From Bacilli bacterium (GTDB lineage: Bacteria > Bacillota_I > Bacilli_A > RF39 > UBA660): 64,000 nt of DNA. Shown in pieces: positions 1 to 11,325 of this stretch. The position numbers and the translations under genes were made by a program. The first letter of the stretch is position 1. Each line of letters begins with the position of its first letter. A model generated the notes under the pieces. That model saw nothing but the letters and a program-made list of their open reading frames with translations, did no database searches and was not told where the DNA came from. Location: contig JAFQCG010000001.1 of the NCBI GenBank assembly GCA_017416535.1, positions 604,259 to 668,258 of the forward strand. The letters are read 5' to 3'.

Positions 1-2
1 AT

Positions 3-3000
3 AAGTATAAAGCATTCGCAACACCATATTTAAAAGCAAAAGAAGATAAAGAAAATAGAATAGTTATATCTCCTTATGCATCACTTATGGCGATGGAATT
101 GTTCCCAGAAGAAGTTTATGATAACATTCAAAAGTTTAAACATTTAGATATGTTTGGTAAGTATGGTATGTATGAAGCATATGACTATGATAATAAAGGT
201 GTAGTTAAAGCTTTCTTTGCACACCATCAAGGTATGAGTTTAGCTGGAATAGTTAATTATTTGAAACCTGATGCCTTAAAGAACTATTTCCATGAAAATG
301 TTAATATTAAAACTTTTGAAGTATTATTAAAAGAAAAAGTACAAGTTAAAACAAGTATTGATCTTAAGATGGCTAGATATAAGAAATATGATTATGATAA
401 AGAAAAAATTGAAAATGATATTAGATACTTTGATTATCTTTCTTATATGCCTGAAGTATCAGTTTTATCTAATAAGAAATATTGCTTATTAATGAATGAT
501 AGAGGAAATAGTTTCTCTAGATACAGAACTTTACAATTAAATAGATATCGTAAAGTTACTGAACAAGATTATGGAATATTTATGTATATTAAAGATCTTG
601 ATAGTAATTATGTTTGGAGTAATACTTATGCACCTATTAATAAGATGCCAGATAAGTATGAAGTAGTATTTGCATCTGATAAGATTAAGTATTATAGAAC
701 AGACGGTGATATTAAGACTAAGACAGAGATTGTTGTTACTAAAAATCATCATGCAGAAATTAGAAAAATAACATTTAAGAATAATAGTGATAAAGTTAAG
801 AAATTACAACTTACAACTTATACTGAACCAATTTTAGCTGATAATATGGCTGATGTTAGTCATAGAGCATTTTCTAATATGTTTATTCATTCTGATTATG
901 ATAAGAAAACTAATTCTTTAATTGTTAGAAGAAAGAGTCGTGGAGAAAGCAATATTAGTAGTTATATGGTTAACAGATTAATAGTTGCAAATCCGAAAGA
1001 AGAATATTCTTACGAAACAGAAAGAAGAAGATTTGTAGGTAGAAATAGATTAGTTAGTGATCCAAAAGCTTTAAATGATAAATTAAGTAACTATGTTGGA
1101 GATAATTTAGATCCTGTTATGAGTTTAAGAAATACAATTGAAATTGCTCCAAATGGAACTGAATCAGTTTACTTAATTGTTGGATTTGGTAGAAGTAGAG
1201 AACAAATTCAAGACATTGTTAAGACATATAATGGAGAATATGCAATAAATAAAGCATTTAGATTTGCATCGTTAATGAATATTATTAATACTAAAAATAT
1301 GAATGTTACTGGTGAAGATATGAGAACTTATAACATTATGTTAAATTACTTATATCAAACTACTAAGATTTCAGTTAGTGAAGAAAGAATGGATTATTTA
1401 AGAAAAAATGCTTTAGGACAAAATGGATTATGGAAATTTGGGGTTAGTGGAGATAGACCAATAATTTCAGTAGAAATTTCAGATATTAATGATATGCATT
1501 TTGTACTTGATGTATTAAAAGCATTTGAATACTATAAGAATAATTCAATCTTTGTAGATTTAGTTATTATTAATAGTGAATCTAGTCAGTATGCGAAAAT
1601 TATTAAGAAAGAAATTGATGAAGAAATGTATCGTATGTATACATTAAATAGTTTCTATCATACTCCTGGTTCTATTACTGTTATTGATAGTAATGAGATT
1701 ACTAGAGAAGAAAGAAGTTTATTAAATATTGTTCCAAGATTAAGATTTGTAATTAAGAATCATGAAACATTAAAAGAAGCAGTACTTGAATTACAAGAGA
1801 AGAATAAAATAAGTGATTATAGTACTTCTCCAGTAGAAGAATGTTTACCACTTTTAACTCCAGAAAGATTAAAATTTGATAATGGCTTTGGAGGATTTAA
1901 GAATAGTGGTCGAGAGTATGTTGTTTATAATAAAGATACTCCAACACCTTGGGCAAATGTTATAGCTAATAAGAAGTTTGGTACTATTATTACAAATAAT
2001 GGTTGTGGATTTACTTATGCATATAATTCAGGAGAATTTAAAATTACTTCATGGACAAATGAAATGATTGTTAATGATAAGAGTGAAGGATTTAAATTCA
2101 ATGGAATGGTATTTGATCCTACTAAGTGTACTCATGGATTTGGTTATAGTATTTTAGAAAATGAAACTAAAGACTTAAAGAAAGAAATTACTGAGTTTGT
2201 TGCGGTAGATGATACTGTTAAGATTTATTTAATGAAGTTAACTAATAAGTTAAATAAAAAGAATGATGTTAATATTTCTTACTTTATAAATCCAACATTT
2301 GGTAATTTTGAAGAGAAGACTGCAAGACATATTTTAAGTGAATTTATGGGTAATGATAATTACATGAAGTTAAGAAATGTATATAGTATTAACTTTGGTG
2401 ATGTAAATGTATTTATGTCTTCATCTGAAAAAATTGAAAGTGCTATATGTGATAAGATTTTAACTAAGAGTATTGATACTAAAGTAAGTTTAGATGCTAA
2501 TGAAGAAAAAGTAGTTGCATTTGTACTTGGTTGTGGAATGAGTGATAGAGAAAATCTTGAACTTATTAGAAAATATACTAATGTAAGTAATGCAACAAAA
2601 GAATTAAAAGCTGTTAAAGATAATTGGAAGAAGACTTTAGGTACAATTGAAGTTAAATCAGATGATAGAAGTTTTGATTATGTTGTTAATGGTTGGTATT
2701 TATATCAAGCACTATCTTCAAGAATTATGTCTAAAGCTGGATTCTACCAAGTAAGTGGTGCATTTGGATATCGTGATCAATTACAAGATTCAATGAATAT
2801 TGTAATGATTAAACCAGAAATAACTAGAGAACAAATTTTAACTAATGCAGCTCATCAATTCCCAGAGGGAGATGTACTACATTGGTGGCATGAGAAAAAT
2901 AGATTTGGTTTAAGAAGTCGATATAAAGATGATTACTTATGGTTAGTATATGCGACAATGTATTATGTTGAAGTAACTGGAGATAAATCAATTCTTACTG

Positions 3001-4118
3001 AAGAAGTTCCATATTTAATTGGTGATAAACTAAGTGAATATGAACATGAAAAAGGAATTACATTTAGTTATTCAAATGAAAGAGGAACATTACTAGATCA
3101 CTGTATTAGATCACTTCAACTTTCAATGCATTCTTTAGGTAAACATAAACTTCCACTTATGGGTGGTGGTGACTGGAACGACGGAATGAATAAAGTTGGT
3201 ATTAAAGGTAAAGGTGAATCTGTTTGGTTAGGATTCTTCTTATACGGAATTATTAAAGACTTTATTAAGATGATGAAAGACTTTGATAAGAAGTTTGATG
3301 TTTCAAGTTATGAGAAGTTTAATGAAAAATTAAGTGATGCTTTAAACAAGAAAGCTTGGGATGGAGAATATTATTTAAGAGCTTACTTTGATAATGGAGA
3401 TAAGTTAGGAAGTCATGAAAATAGTGAATGTAAGATTGACTTGATTTCTCAAAGTTTCTCAATTTTAAGTGAAGTTGTTCCAAAAGATAGATTACAACAA
3501 GTAATTAATTCTGTTGAAGATAACTTAGTTGATAAGAAGAGTAAGATTATTAAGTTATTAACTCCACCATTTGAAAAGAGTTTAAATAATCCAGGATATA
3601 TTATGAATTATCCTAAAGGAATTCGTGAAAATGGAGGACAATATACACATGCATCTGCTTGGTATATTATGGCTTTAATAAAAGCAGGATATAGTGACAG
3701 AGCATATCAATATTATCAAATGATTAATCCAGTTAATCGTAGTATTAATAAGGATTTAGTTAATTCTTATAAAACAGAACCTTATGTTATAGCAGCTGAT
3801 ATTTATTCAGCAGAACATCATCCAGGACGTGGAGGATGGACTTGGTATACAGGTTCTGCAGGATGGTTCTATAGAGTAGGTATTACTGAAATATTAGGAT
3901 TAAAGAAAAATGGTGATATATTAAGAATTGAACCAGCAATGCCAGTTGCTTGGGAAAAATATAATGTTACATATCATTACATGGATACTACTTATGAAAT
4001 AGAAGTTGTTAAGAGTAAGAAAGATAGCGTTGTAGTTGATAGAAAAACTCAAGAAGAAGGCTATATAAAACTTGAAAATGATGGAAAAACTCATAAAGTT
4101 GTAGTACATACAAGATAG
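3..4118 (+). CDS. Large GH94 glycosyl hydrolase/phosphorylase, cyclic beta-1,2-glucan synthase (NdvB/Cgs)-like; 5'-truncated by the window edge
   Basis: Frame is open from position 3 (KYKAFATPYL..ISPYASLMAM). Motifs AHHQGM, two GH94 supersandwich domains, GFYQVSGAFGYRDQLQD, GGGDWNDGMN, GIRENGGQYTHA, GRGGWTWYTGSAGW. Confidence 0.85.
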   Translation, partial: KYKAFATPYLKAKEDKENRIVISPYASLMAMELFPEEVYDNIQKFKHLDMFGKYGMYEAYDYDNKGVVKAFFAHHQGMSLAGIVNYLKPDALKNYFHENVNIKTFEVLLKEKVQVKTSIDLKMARYKKYDYDKEKIENDIRYFDYLSYMPEVSVLSNKKYCLLMNDRGNSFSRYRTLQLNRYRKVTEQDYGIFMYIKDLDSNYVWSNTYAPINKMPDKYEVVFASDKIKYYRTDGDIKTKTEIVVTKNHHAEIRKITFKNNSDKVKKLQLTTYTEPILADNMADVSHRAFSNMFIHSDYDKKTNSLIVRRKSRGESNISSYMVNRLIVANPKEEYSYETERRRFVGRNRLVSDPKALNDKLSNYVGDNLDPVMSLRNTIEIAPNGTESVYLIVGFGRSREQIQDIVKTYNGEYAINKAFRFASLMNIINTKNMNVTGEDMRTYNIMLNYLYQTTKISVSEERMDYLRKNALGQNGLWKFGVSGDRPIISVEISDINDMHFVLDVLKAFEYYKNNSIFVDLVIINSESSQYAKIIKKEIDEEMYRMYTLNSFYHTPGSITVIDSNEITREERSLLNIVPRLRFVIKNHETLKEAVLELQEKNKISDYSTSPVEECLPLLTPERLKFDNGFGGFKNSGREYVVYNKDTPTPWANVIANKKFGTIITNNGCGFTYAYNSGEFKITSWTNEMIVNDKSEGFKFNGMVFDPTKCTHGFGYSILENETKDLKKEITEFVAVDDTVKIYLMKLTNKLNKKNDVNISYFINPTFGNFEEKTARHILSEFMGNDNYMKLRNVYSINFGDVNVFMSSSEKIESAICDKILTKSIDTKVSLDANEEKVVAFVLGCGMSDRENLELIRKYTNVSNATKELKAVKDNWKKTLGTIEVKSDDRSFDYVVNGWYLYQALSSRIMSKAGFYQVSGAFGYRDQLQDSMNIVMIKPEITREQILTNAAHQFPEGDVLHWWHEKNRFGLRSRYKDDYLWLVYATMYYVEVTGDKSILTEEVPYLIGDKLSEYEHEKGITFSYSNERGTLLDHCIRSLQLSMHSLGKHKLPLMGGGDWNDGMNKVGIKGKGESVWLGFFLYGIIKDFIKMMKDFDKKFDVSSYEKFNEKLSDALNKKAWDGEYYLRAYFDNGDKLGSHENSECKIDLISQSFSILSEVVPKDRLQQVINSVEDNLVDKKSKIIKLLTPPFEKSLNNPGYIMNYPKGIRENGGQYTHASAWYIMALIKAGYSDRAYQYYQMINPVNRSINKDLVNSYKTEPYVIAADIYSAEHHPGRGGWTWYTGSAGWFYRVGITEILGLKKNGDILRIEPAMPVAWEKYNVTYHYMDTTYEIEVVKSKKDSVVVDRKTQEEGYIKLENDGKTHKVVVHTR

Positions 4119-4140
4119 GAAGAAATTCCTATCTTTTTTG
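4113..4140 (+). terminator. Intrinsic terminator
   Basis: GATAGGAA-gaaa-TTCCTATC followed by T-run. Confidence 0.7.
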
Positions 4141-4225
4141 TTAAGTAATGACAAGTAATTAGTATTAATAATTTACATAGCATCATGGCGTTGTTATAAT
4201 TTAGGTATAATAAGGACGTGATTAT

Positions 4226-5107
4226 GTGGAGAAACAAAGACAAATAAAAATATTATCAATAGTAGCGTTAGTATTAGCAATATCTGCAATGACTTTAGGT
4301 TTTGCGGCATTTTCTACTACTTTAAGTATTTCGTCAAGTGCGACAGTAACACCTAATAGTGAGGATTTTAAAGTGGTGTTATCACGTAGTGATACATCTG
4401 TAATAAATAGTGATACTTTAGAACAAGATTGTATTCCTCCACAATTTAGTGAAACTGGTAATACACAGATGGGATATGGTTGTCTTGGAAATGATTATTT
4501 TAGAGACAGTGATGCACAATTTACTGTTCCTGGACAAAGTGTTGAGTTTATAATGTATGCTCATAATATTGGAGAATATGATGCTTATTTAAATAGTGTA
4601 ACATATGATGTTTTGGATAATGGGGAATATAAAAAATGTAGAGCCTTTACTGATGCTACTTCTTCGTTAGTACAAGCAGCGTGTGAAGGTATTAAAATGA
4701 CAGTTTCTGTTGATGGCGTTGCATATGAGGTGGGTGAAATAATTGCTGCTCATAAACTTTCTAAAGGAAGTGTTAAGGAAATAAAATTAAAAATAGAGTA
4801 TGAAGCAGGAGCAGCAAGAGTAGATGGACCAATTGGAATAGAATTTAGTAATATAAAATTTAATTATGGTACTGTTGATAATAGTGCTAATTTAATTTCA
4901 TTTACAATTGATGATGGAACTTATTATGCAGAAGAAGGAATGAACTGGGGTGACTGGGTGAATAGTCAATATAGTGAAGGATTATTTACTACTTATGGAA
5001 CATTTATTGAATCATTAAGAGGAAATACTTTAAAAGATTCTGATTATAGTAATTTGACTATTGATGACAATATTGTAGATGGTTCTAAGTATTATTGTGT
5101 TATATAA
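4226..5107 (+). CDS. Secreted/surface protein with SipW/TasA-like N-terminal signal
   Basis: KILSIVALVLAISAMTLGFAAFSTTLSI N-terminus; beta-rich body; GTG start. Confidence 0.55.
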   Translation: MEKQRQIKILSIVALVLAISAMTLGFAAFSTTLSISSSATVTPNSEDFKVVLSRSDTSVINSDTLEQDCIPPQFSETGNTQMGYGCLGNDYFRDSDAQFTVPGQSVEFIMYAHNIGEYDAYLNSVTYDVLDNGEYKKCRAFTDATSSLVQAACEGIKMTVSVDGVAYEVGEIIAAHKLSKGSVKEIKLKIEYEAGAARVDGPIGIEFSNIKFNYGTVDNSANLISFTIDDGTYYAEEGMNWGDWVNSQYSEGLFTTYGTFIESLRGNTLKDSDYSNLTIDDNIVDGSKYYCVI

Positions 5108-5188
5108 AAGACTTATTTAAGTCTTTTTTCTTTGTTTTACAAGATTTCTTATTAATGATATAATCATATATATAATTAGGAGGTATTT

Positions 5189-6382
5189 ATGATTAAGTTT
5201 GATTTTAATACTATGGTAGATAGTTTTATTGATAAAGATAATTTTAATAGTTTAATGTCTAGAAAAGATGAAGTTTATTCTAAGTTTAATGAAGCTTATA
5301 TGACTGGGTGGACTAAACCAATTGAAGTTGAAGAGTTAAATGAAATACTTAGGGTTAGAGATGAAGTACTTGAACATTCTGAATGTTTAGTTGTTATTGG
5401 TATAGGAGGATCTTTTTTAGGTAGTTATGCAGTTGAAAAGATGTTAAGTCCTTATTTTAATAATTATAATTTTGAAGTTATTTATGCTGGTACTACATTA
5501 TCTAGTAAATATATGAATGAATTACTAGATTATCTTAGAGATAAAGATTTTTCTATTAACGTTATTAGTAAGAGTGGTACTACAATGGAAACAACTATTA
5601 CTTATAAATTGTTAAAGGGATTACTTGAAGAAAAATATAGTGGAGAAGATTTAGTTAGAAGAATTATTGTTACTACTGATAAAGTAAAAGGAAGTCTACG
5701 TCAAGAAGTTAATGAAATGGGTTATCCTTCTTTTAGTATTCCAGATGATGTAGGTGGAAGATATTCTATTATGACTGCTGCTCATTTATTCCCTTTATCA
5801 TTTAATATTGAGCTTGAAGATTTCTTAAATGGTTATTATAGTGGAGAAGATTTACGTGAAGATGCATTTAGATATGCAGCAACTCGTGTTGCTTTATATA
5901 ATAGTGGTAAAGTTGTTGAAAACTATGTTACATATGAAGAAAATATGTATTACTTTACTGAATGGTTAAAACAATTATATGGAGAAAGTGAAGGTAAAGA
6001 AGGAGTAGGAATATTCCCAGTATCTACAGTTCACACTCGTGATTTACATTCACTAGGACAATTTATTCAAGAAGGTAATAAAATTATATTTGAAACATTT
6101 ATGAAAGTAGAAAACTCTGATGAAGTAATTTATAATGGTAAAAATTTACATGAAGTAAATAATATTGTGCTTGATTCAGTTAGAAGTGCTCATAAACTTG
6201 GAGAAGTTCCATCACTTGAAATCAGTTTAGAAAGAGTTGATGAAGCAACAATTGGTCAATTAATGTATTTTTATATGTTAGGTGCTGCATTTAGTGGATT
6301 CTTATTTAATATTGATCCATTTAATCAACCTGGTGTTGAAGTATATAAAAAAGAAGTTAGAGAAAATCTAGGTGTTTTATAA
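5189..6382 (+). CDS. pgi: Glucose-6-phosphate isomerase
   Basis: IGIGGSFLG, ISKSGTTMET, VGGRYS, QLYGESEGK, DLHSLGQ, PFNQPGVEVYK. Confidence 0.95.
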   Translation: MIKFDFNTMVDSFIDKDNFNSLMSRKDEVYSKFNEAYMTGWTKPIEVEELNEILRVRDEVLEHSECLVVIGIGGSFLGSYAVEKMLSPYFNNYNFEVIYAGTTLSSKYMNELLDYLRDKDFSINVISKSGTTMETTITYKLLKGLLEEKYSGEDLVRRIIVTTDKVKGSLRQEVNEMGYPSFSIPDDVGGRYSIMTAAHLFPLSFNIELEDFLNGYYSGEDLREDAFRYAATRVALYNSGKVVENYVTYEENMYYFTEWLKQLYGESEGKEGVGIFPVSTVHTRDLHSLGQFIQEGNKIIFETFMKVENSDEVIYNGKNLHEVNNIVLDSVRSAHKLGEVPSLEISLERVDEATIGQLMYFYMLGAAFSGFLFNIDPFNQPGVEVYKKEVRENLGVL

Positions 6383-6383
6383 A

Positions 6384-6992
6384 ATGAAGAATAAGAAGTT
6401 ATATATAGTATTATTTATTTTAGGATTAATATTTATTACTAATACAATACTTGTTTTAAGTGGTTTAACTACAAGTTTTGACAATGCTATTTATAATTTA
6501 GTTAGAAGTTTAGAATGTGAGTTTTTTGATAAATATTTTGTATTTATTACTAAGTTTGGAAATGTATCAGTAGTTATTGGTATTGTAAGTTTACTTATTT
6601 TATTGTTTAGAAATAGAAATGGAATAATATTAACTATTTTAGGAGTTATATCAGCTGTTACAAATAAAACTTTAAAACATATTATTCAAAGAAGTAGACC
6701 TAATGTTTTAAGATTAATAAAACAAGGTGGTTATTCATATCCTAGTGGACATTCTATGATTTCAGTAGCAATATATGGTTATTTATTGTATTTAGCATTT
6801 ACTAAAATAAAAAATAGAATTTTAAAGTGGTTATGTAGTATAATATTATTCATATTTATTTTATCTATAGGAGTTAGTAGAATTTATGTAGGAGTTCATT
6901 ATGCAAGTGATGTCTTAGGAGGATTTACTTTAGCATTATTTGAACTTATACTTATTATTAATCTTGCTAAAAAACGTTTTAGGGGGAATTAA
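6384..6992 (+). CDS. PAP2-family membrane phosphatase
   Basis: K..IQRSRP, YSYPSGHS, SRIYVGVHYASDV; TM segments. Confidence 0.9.
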   Translation: MKNKKLYIVLFILGLIFITNTILVLSGLTTSFDNAIYNLVRSLECEFFDKYFVFITKFGNVSVVIGIVSLLILLFRNRNGIILTILGVISAVTNKTLKHIIQRSRPNVLRLIKQGGYSYPSGHSMISVAIYGYLLYLAFTKIKNRILKWLCSIILFIFILSIGVSRIYVGVHYASDVLGGFTLALFELILIINLAKKRFRGN

Positions 6993-6993
6993 A

Positions 6994-7779
6994 ATGTATA
7001 AGATGGTAGTTAGTGATTTTTGTGGAACATTAATTGATAGTGAAGAAGCAATATCAGTATCAACAATGTTAGAACTTGATCGTATAAGAAAAGAAGGTAT
7101 ATTATTTTGTATTACTACTAGTAAGAGTTTAAAAATAGTAAAAGAATATAATAAAGATTTTCCTTTTATTGATTATATAGTTGCATTTAATGGTAGTTAT
7201 ATTTTTGATGTAGAGAAGAATGAAGTTATATTTGATAAAGGACTTTCTTTTAGTTCTATAAAGAAAATATATAAGTTATTTAGTAATAAGAGTTTAAGTT
7301 TTTATACTTTGGAATTTTGTAATTATACTGGTCTTTATAAAGATAAGGATTATAGTGAAATGCTTATTGATACATTAGGTTTTATTGATGAAAATAAAAA
7401 AGGTATTTATAAAATAAATGTTTATGCTGAAAGTTTAAAAGAAGCTAAGAGCATAATTAAGAAACTTAAAGATAATAATATTAATGTTAATACTTATATT
7501 GTTGAAGAAGATGAAGTATATATTGTTGAAATAACTAACTCTAGTAATGATAAGTTAAAGGCAATTGAGAAGATTGCAAAGAAAAATAAAATTTCTATGA
7601 AGGAAGTTTTAGCAGTTTGTTCTTCAGCTAGTAGTTGTAATTTGATTGAAAAAGTTGGATGTGGATGTTGTGTTGCTAATGCTGATAAAAGTGTTAAGAA
7701 AGTGGCCAATGAATTTACTGACTCAAATGAAAATAAAGGTGTTGAACATTTAATTAGTAAATATTTTAAATCTGTCTAG
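6994..7779 (+). CDS. Cof-like HAD-IIB hydrolase with degenerate catalytic motifs
   Basis: VVSDFCGTL, NGSYI, VANA...VKKVA...SNENKGV; RBS AGGGGG before ATG 6994. Confidence 0.75.
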   Translation: MYKMVVSDFCGTLIDSEEAISVSTMLELDRIRKEGILFCITTSKSLKIVKEYNKDFPFIDYIVAFNGSYIFDVEKNEVIFDKGLSFSSIKKIYKLFSNKSLSFYTLEFCNYTGLYKDKDYSEMLIDTLGFIDENKKGIYKINVYAESLKEAKSIIKKLKDNNINVNTYIVEEDEVYIVEITNSSNDKLKAIEKIAKKNKISMKEVLAVCSSASSCNLIEKVGCGCCVANADKSVKKVANEFTDSNENKGVEHLISKYFKSV

Positions 7780-7862
7780 TGGCAGATTTTTTTTATTAAT
7801 AAAATTGATTTTTGTGTCTTTATATTATATACTTTGGGTATGATAGAGAGTGGGTGCAAAAT

Positions 7863-9233
7863 ATGAATTGTAGAAGTTGTGGGACACCAGTTGGTACACA
7901 ACAACAGTTTTGTCCTAATTGTGGAGCAGCTGTTAATGGTAATGGTATGCCTAATAATGTTAATATGCCTTCTATGCAAGGTGTGAATTCTGTTCCTAAT
8001 TTTAATAATATACAAGAACCTACAGGTATAGGTTTTAATAGAAATATGGAAAATGATTTGGAAGAATTTGGTTCTAATAATCCATATGAAAATAGAAGTA
8101 ATTTTGAAACAAAACAGTCAACTAATAATTCAGGAATGTATGTTGGAAATATGAAATTGCCAGATGATGGTAGTAAAAAGAAATTTCCTTGGTTTATATT
8201 AGCTGGAGCATTAGTAGTTGTAATGTTTTTAGGAATTGCTGTTTTACCACATTTTAATAAACTAAATGTAAAAGTTTATGAAGATGATTTATATAGTATG
8301 GAATATAATGCTAATTGGTATGTGGATGAAGAAAAAGAAGATATGACTTTATATTATTCAGATAAAAATAGTAGATTGATATTTAATGCTTTATCTTCGT
8401 TTACAGCGTTAAATGGAACAGTTTCTAATGAGAGCGGAAAAAAAGATTTATATCAACAATTCTATAATGCTTGGTCTAAAATAGATGGTGGTAATTTAAC
8501 TGGAGGAACTAATACTTTTTTACCGCTTGGTTCTGGTAGTCTTTATGCTCGAGTAGATTATGTAATGACTGGTAGAAGTAATGTAGGTTCATTTTATGTA
8601 GTCATAAATGAAGAACATGATAAAGTTATTTCATTTATGACATATTGTACTACTGCTAATAAAGATGATATTGATAAAGATGTAATGGATATGCTTGAAT
8701 CTATTTCTTATAAGAAAGAATCTGAACGTAGTGTTTATGATGAATTCAAAGCAGGAGAAGTAAAAGAATATTCTGCTTTGGGGTATATGAGTTATGATAT
8801 TCCTTCTTGTTGGAAATATGATGAAGCTAGATCAAAAGAGAATCAATATAAATCAAATATATTTGTATTTATGGATGATATTACTTTAATGGATATTAAG
8901 TCATTTACTCCATATAATTCAGTTACTCATACATTTGGTACAAGTTATGAAAGTATGAAGGCATCTATTGTTAAAGCTTATGGAGCTGTTAAGACTGAAA
9001 GTAAGAAAACAATAAAAGGAAAAGTTTGGTATGTTGTTACAACACCGGATTATAATGTAAGTGGGTATAGTTATCATAATGAAATATACTTTACAATGTC
9101 TGCTACTAATCAACATTTATATTATGTAGAGGTATATGTTAATAATGATACTAGTCCTAAGAAAACTAAATACTTAAATAAAAGTATTGAATATGTTTTA
9201 GAATCAGCAACTTTATTAAAAGTAAATGAATAA
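7863..9233 (+). CDS. Zinc-ribbon, single-TM membrane protein
   Basis: CRSCG...FCPNCG at N-terminus, low-complexity linker, TM helix, extracellular PsbP-like duplicated domain. Confidence 0.65.
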   Translation: MNCRSCGTPVGTQQQFCPNCGAAVNGNGMPNNVNMPSMQGVNSVPNFNNIQEPTGIGFNRNMENDLEEFGSNNPYENRSNFETKQSTNNSGMYVGNMKLPDDGSKKKFPWFILAGALVVVMFLGIAVLPHFNKLNVKVYEDDLYSMEYNANWYVDEEKEDMTLYYSDKNSRLIFNALSSFTALNGTVSNESGKKDLYQQFYNAWSKIDGGNLTGGTNTFLPLGSGSLYARVDYVMTGRSNVGSFYVVINEEHDKVISFMTYCTTANKDDIDKDVMDMLESISYKKESERSVYDEFKAGEVKEYSALGYMSYDIPSCWKYDEARSKENQYKSNIFVFMDDITLMDIKSFTPYNSVTHTFGTSYESMKASIVKAYGAVKTESKKTIKGKVWYVVTTPDYNVSGYSYHNEIYFTMSATNQHLYYVEVYVNNDTSPKKTKYLNKSIEYVLESATLLKVNE

Positions 9234-9317
9234 GACCTAAATGGTCTTTTTTTGTTGGAATAATTGTTTATTTTGATATTTTGTAATATAATAGGAAATG
9301 TGTGAGGGGAGAGTCTT

Positions 9318-10169
9318 ATGAAATTAATAGTAAAAAAAGATGGAGAATTACTAGAGTATTTATATGAGAATCTTGATATGCCAAAAAAGCGTATTAAACA
9401 ATATTTAACTCATGGAGCAATTTATGTTAATAATAATAGAGTTAAACAATATAATTATCATGTTGTTAGTGGGATGAATATTAATATAGATACTGAAAGT
9501 AAGAATAAAAAGACTTTACCATTTGAAGTTTTATTTGAAGATGATCATATTATTGTTGTTAATAAACCAAGTGGTTTATTAACTATAGCAACAGCTAAGG
9601 AAAAAGAAAGAACTTTATATCATATTGTTAGAGAATATCTGATTAGTAAAGAAAAGCAAGCAAAAGTATTTATTGTACATAGATTAGATAAAGATACTAG
9701 TGGTATTGTAGTTCTTGCTAAAGATGAAAAAACTAAAAATCAATTACAAGAAAATTGGAATGAATATGTTAGTTTACGTGAATATGTAGCAGTTGTTCAT
9801 GGGCATTTAAAAGAAGATAGTGGAAGAGTTGTTCAAAATTTAATGGAAACTAAAACTAATTTAGTTTATGTTTCTCGTAGTAATGAAGGTAAGGAAGCAA
9901 TTACAAATTATAAAGTTATTAAAGAAAATGAAAATTATTCTTTAGTTAATGTTTCTATTGAGACAGGAAGAAAAAATCAAATTCGTGTAGCTTTCCAAAG
10001 TTTAAGACATCCAATTGTTGGAGATAAAAAATATGGAGATACAAGAGACAAGGAAACAAGACTTTATTTACATGCGAATAGATTAAAAATGTATTATCCT
10101 GTGTTAAAGAAAGATATTTTATTTGAAACTGCAAATCCGCAAGAATTCAAAAAAATAATGAATGGCTAG
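9318..10169 (+). CDS. RluA/RluD-family pseudouridine synthase
   Basis: VNKPSGLL, VHRLDKDTSG, TGRKNQIR, HPIVGDKKYG, LHA. Confidence 0.93.
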   Translation: MKLIVKKDGELLEYLYENLDMPKKRIKQYLTHGAIYVNNNRVKQYNYHVVSGMNINIDTESKNKKTLPFEVLFEDDHIIVVNKPSGLLTIATAKEKERTLYHIVREYLISKEKQAKVFIVHRLDKDTSGIVVLAKDEKTKNQLQENWNEYVSLREYVAVVHGHLKEDSGRVVQNLMETKTNLVYVSRSNEGKEAITNYKVIKENENYSLVNVSIETGRKNQIRVAFQSLRHPIVGDKKYGDTRDKETRLYLHANRLKMYYPVLKKDILFETANPQEFKKIMNG

Positions 10170-10176
10170 GTGAAAT

Positions 10177-11313
10177 ATGAAAAAACTATTAGTAGTATTT
10201 TTAGTTATACTTGTAGTTTGTACTGGTTGTGGTAAAGAAGAAAAGGTAATTGTTATTGAAGATAAACTTTTTCCAGAAGAAATGGAAGATGATTTGTTTT
10301 TTGAACATTACTTAAAAGCATCAAAGTTGATGAGTGGTATGACATTAGAAGAAAAAGTAGGACAAGTATTTTTAGTTAGATATGATGCATCTTTTTCAAC
10401 AAAACAAATTACTAATTATCATGCTGGAGGATTTGTGCTTTTTGCAAAAGATTTTGAAAATCATACTAAGTCAAGTATAAAGAAAGAACTTGATGCTAAA
10501 CAAAATAGTAGTAAGATACCTTTAGCTTTAGCAGTAGATGAAGAAGGTGGGTATGTTACTAGAGTTAGTCGTTTTCCAGCATTTAGAACAGAAAGATTTA
10601 AGTCAAATAGAGATTTGTTTGAAACTGGAGGATACTCACTTGTTAAGACATCTGAAAAGGAGAAAGCAGAGCTTTTGCTTAGTTTAGGATTAAATCTTAA
10701 TTTGGCACCAGTAGCTGATGTTTCTACTAATAGTAATGATTATATTAATATTAGAACATTTGGGAGAAATGCTAGTGAGACTGCAATATTTATTTCTAAT
10801 ATTGTTAGTTATAATAATGAATCTGGTATTTCGTCATCTTTAAAGCATTTTCCTGGTTATGGAAATAATAAAGATACGCATTATGGTGGAGCTATTGATA
10901 ATAGAAGTTATGATAATTTTATAAAGAATGACTTTTTACCATTTAAGAGTGGGATAGAAGCAGGTGTTCCTACAATACTTGTTTCACATAATATTGTTAA
11001 TTCGATGGATAGTGAATATCCGGCGTCACTTAGTAAAAAAGTTATTAATGAACTTCGTAATACATTAAACTTTAGTGGAATAGTTATTACAGATGATTTA
11101 GCAATGGGAGCTGTTAGTGAATATGTTAATTCTAATAAAGGAGCTACTCTTGCATTAAATGCTGGTAATGATATGATTATTACGTCAAGTTTTGAAACTA
11201 TGTATAATGAAGTTTTAAATAATGTAAAAAGTGGTATAATTAAAGAAGAAGTTATAGATATGGCAGTACTTAGAATACTGGCTTGGAAATATGCTTATGG
11301 AATAATTAAATAA
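10177..11313 (+). CDS. GH3 beta-N-acetylhexosaminidase (lipoprotein)
   Basis: Lipobox CTGC; VDEEGG, NLAPVAD, LKHFPGYG, ITDDLAMGA. Confidence 0.88.
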   Translation: MKKLLVVFLVILVVCTGCGKEEKVIVIEDKLFPEEMEDDLFFEHYLKASKLMSGMTLEEKVGQVFLVRYDASFSTKQITNYHAGGFVLFAKDFENHTKSSIKKELDAKQNSSKIPLALAVDEEGGYVTRVSRFPAFRTERFKSNRDLFETGGYSLVKTSEKEKAELLLSLGLNLNLAPVADVSTNSNDYINIRTFGRNASETAIFISNIVSYNNESGISSSLKHFPGYGNNKDTHYGGAIDNRSYDNFIKNDFLPFKSGIEAGVPTILVSHNIVNSMDSEYPASLSKKVINELRNTLNFSGIVITDDLAMGAVSEYVNSNKGATLALNAGNDMIITSSFETMYNEVLNNVKSGIIKEEVIDMAVLRILAWKYAYGIIK

Positions 11314-11325
11314 GGAGGTAATATT

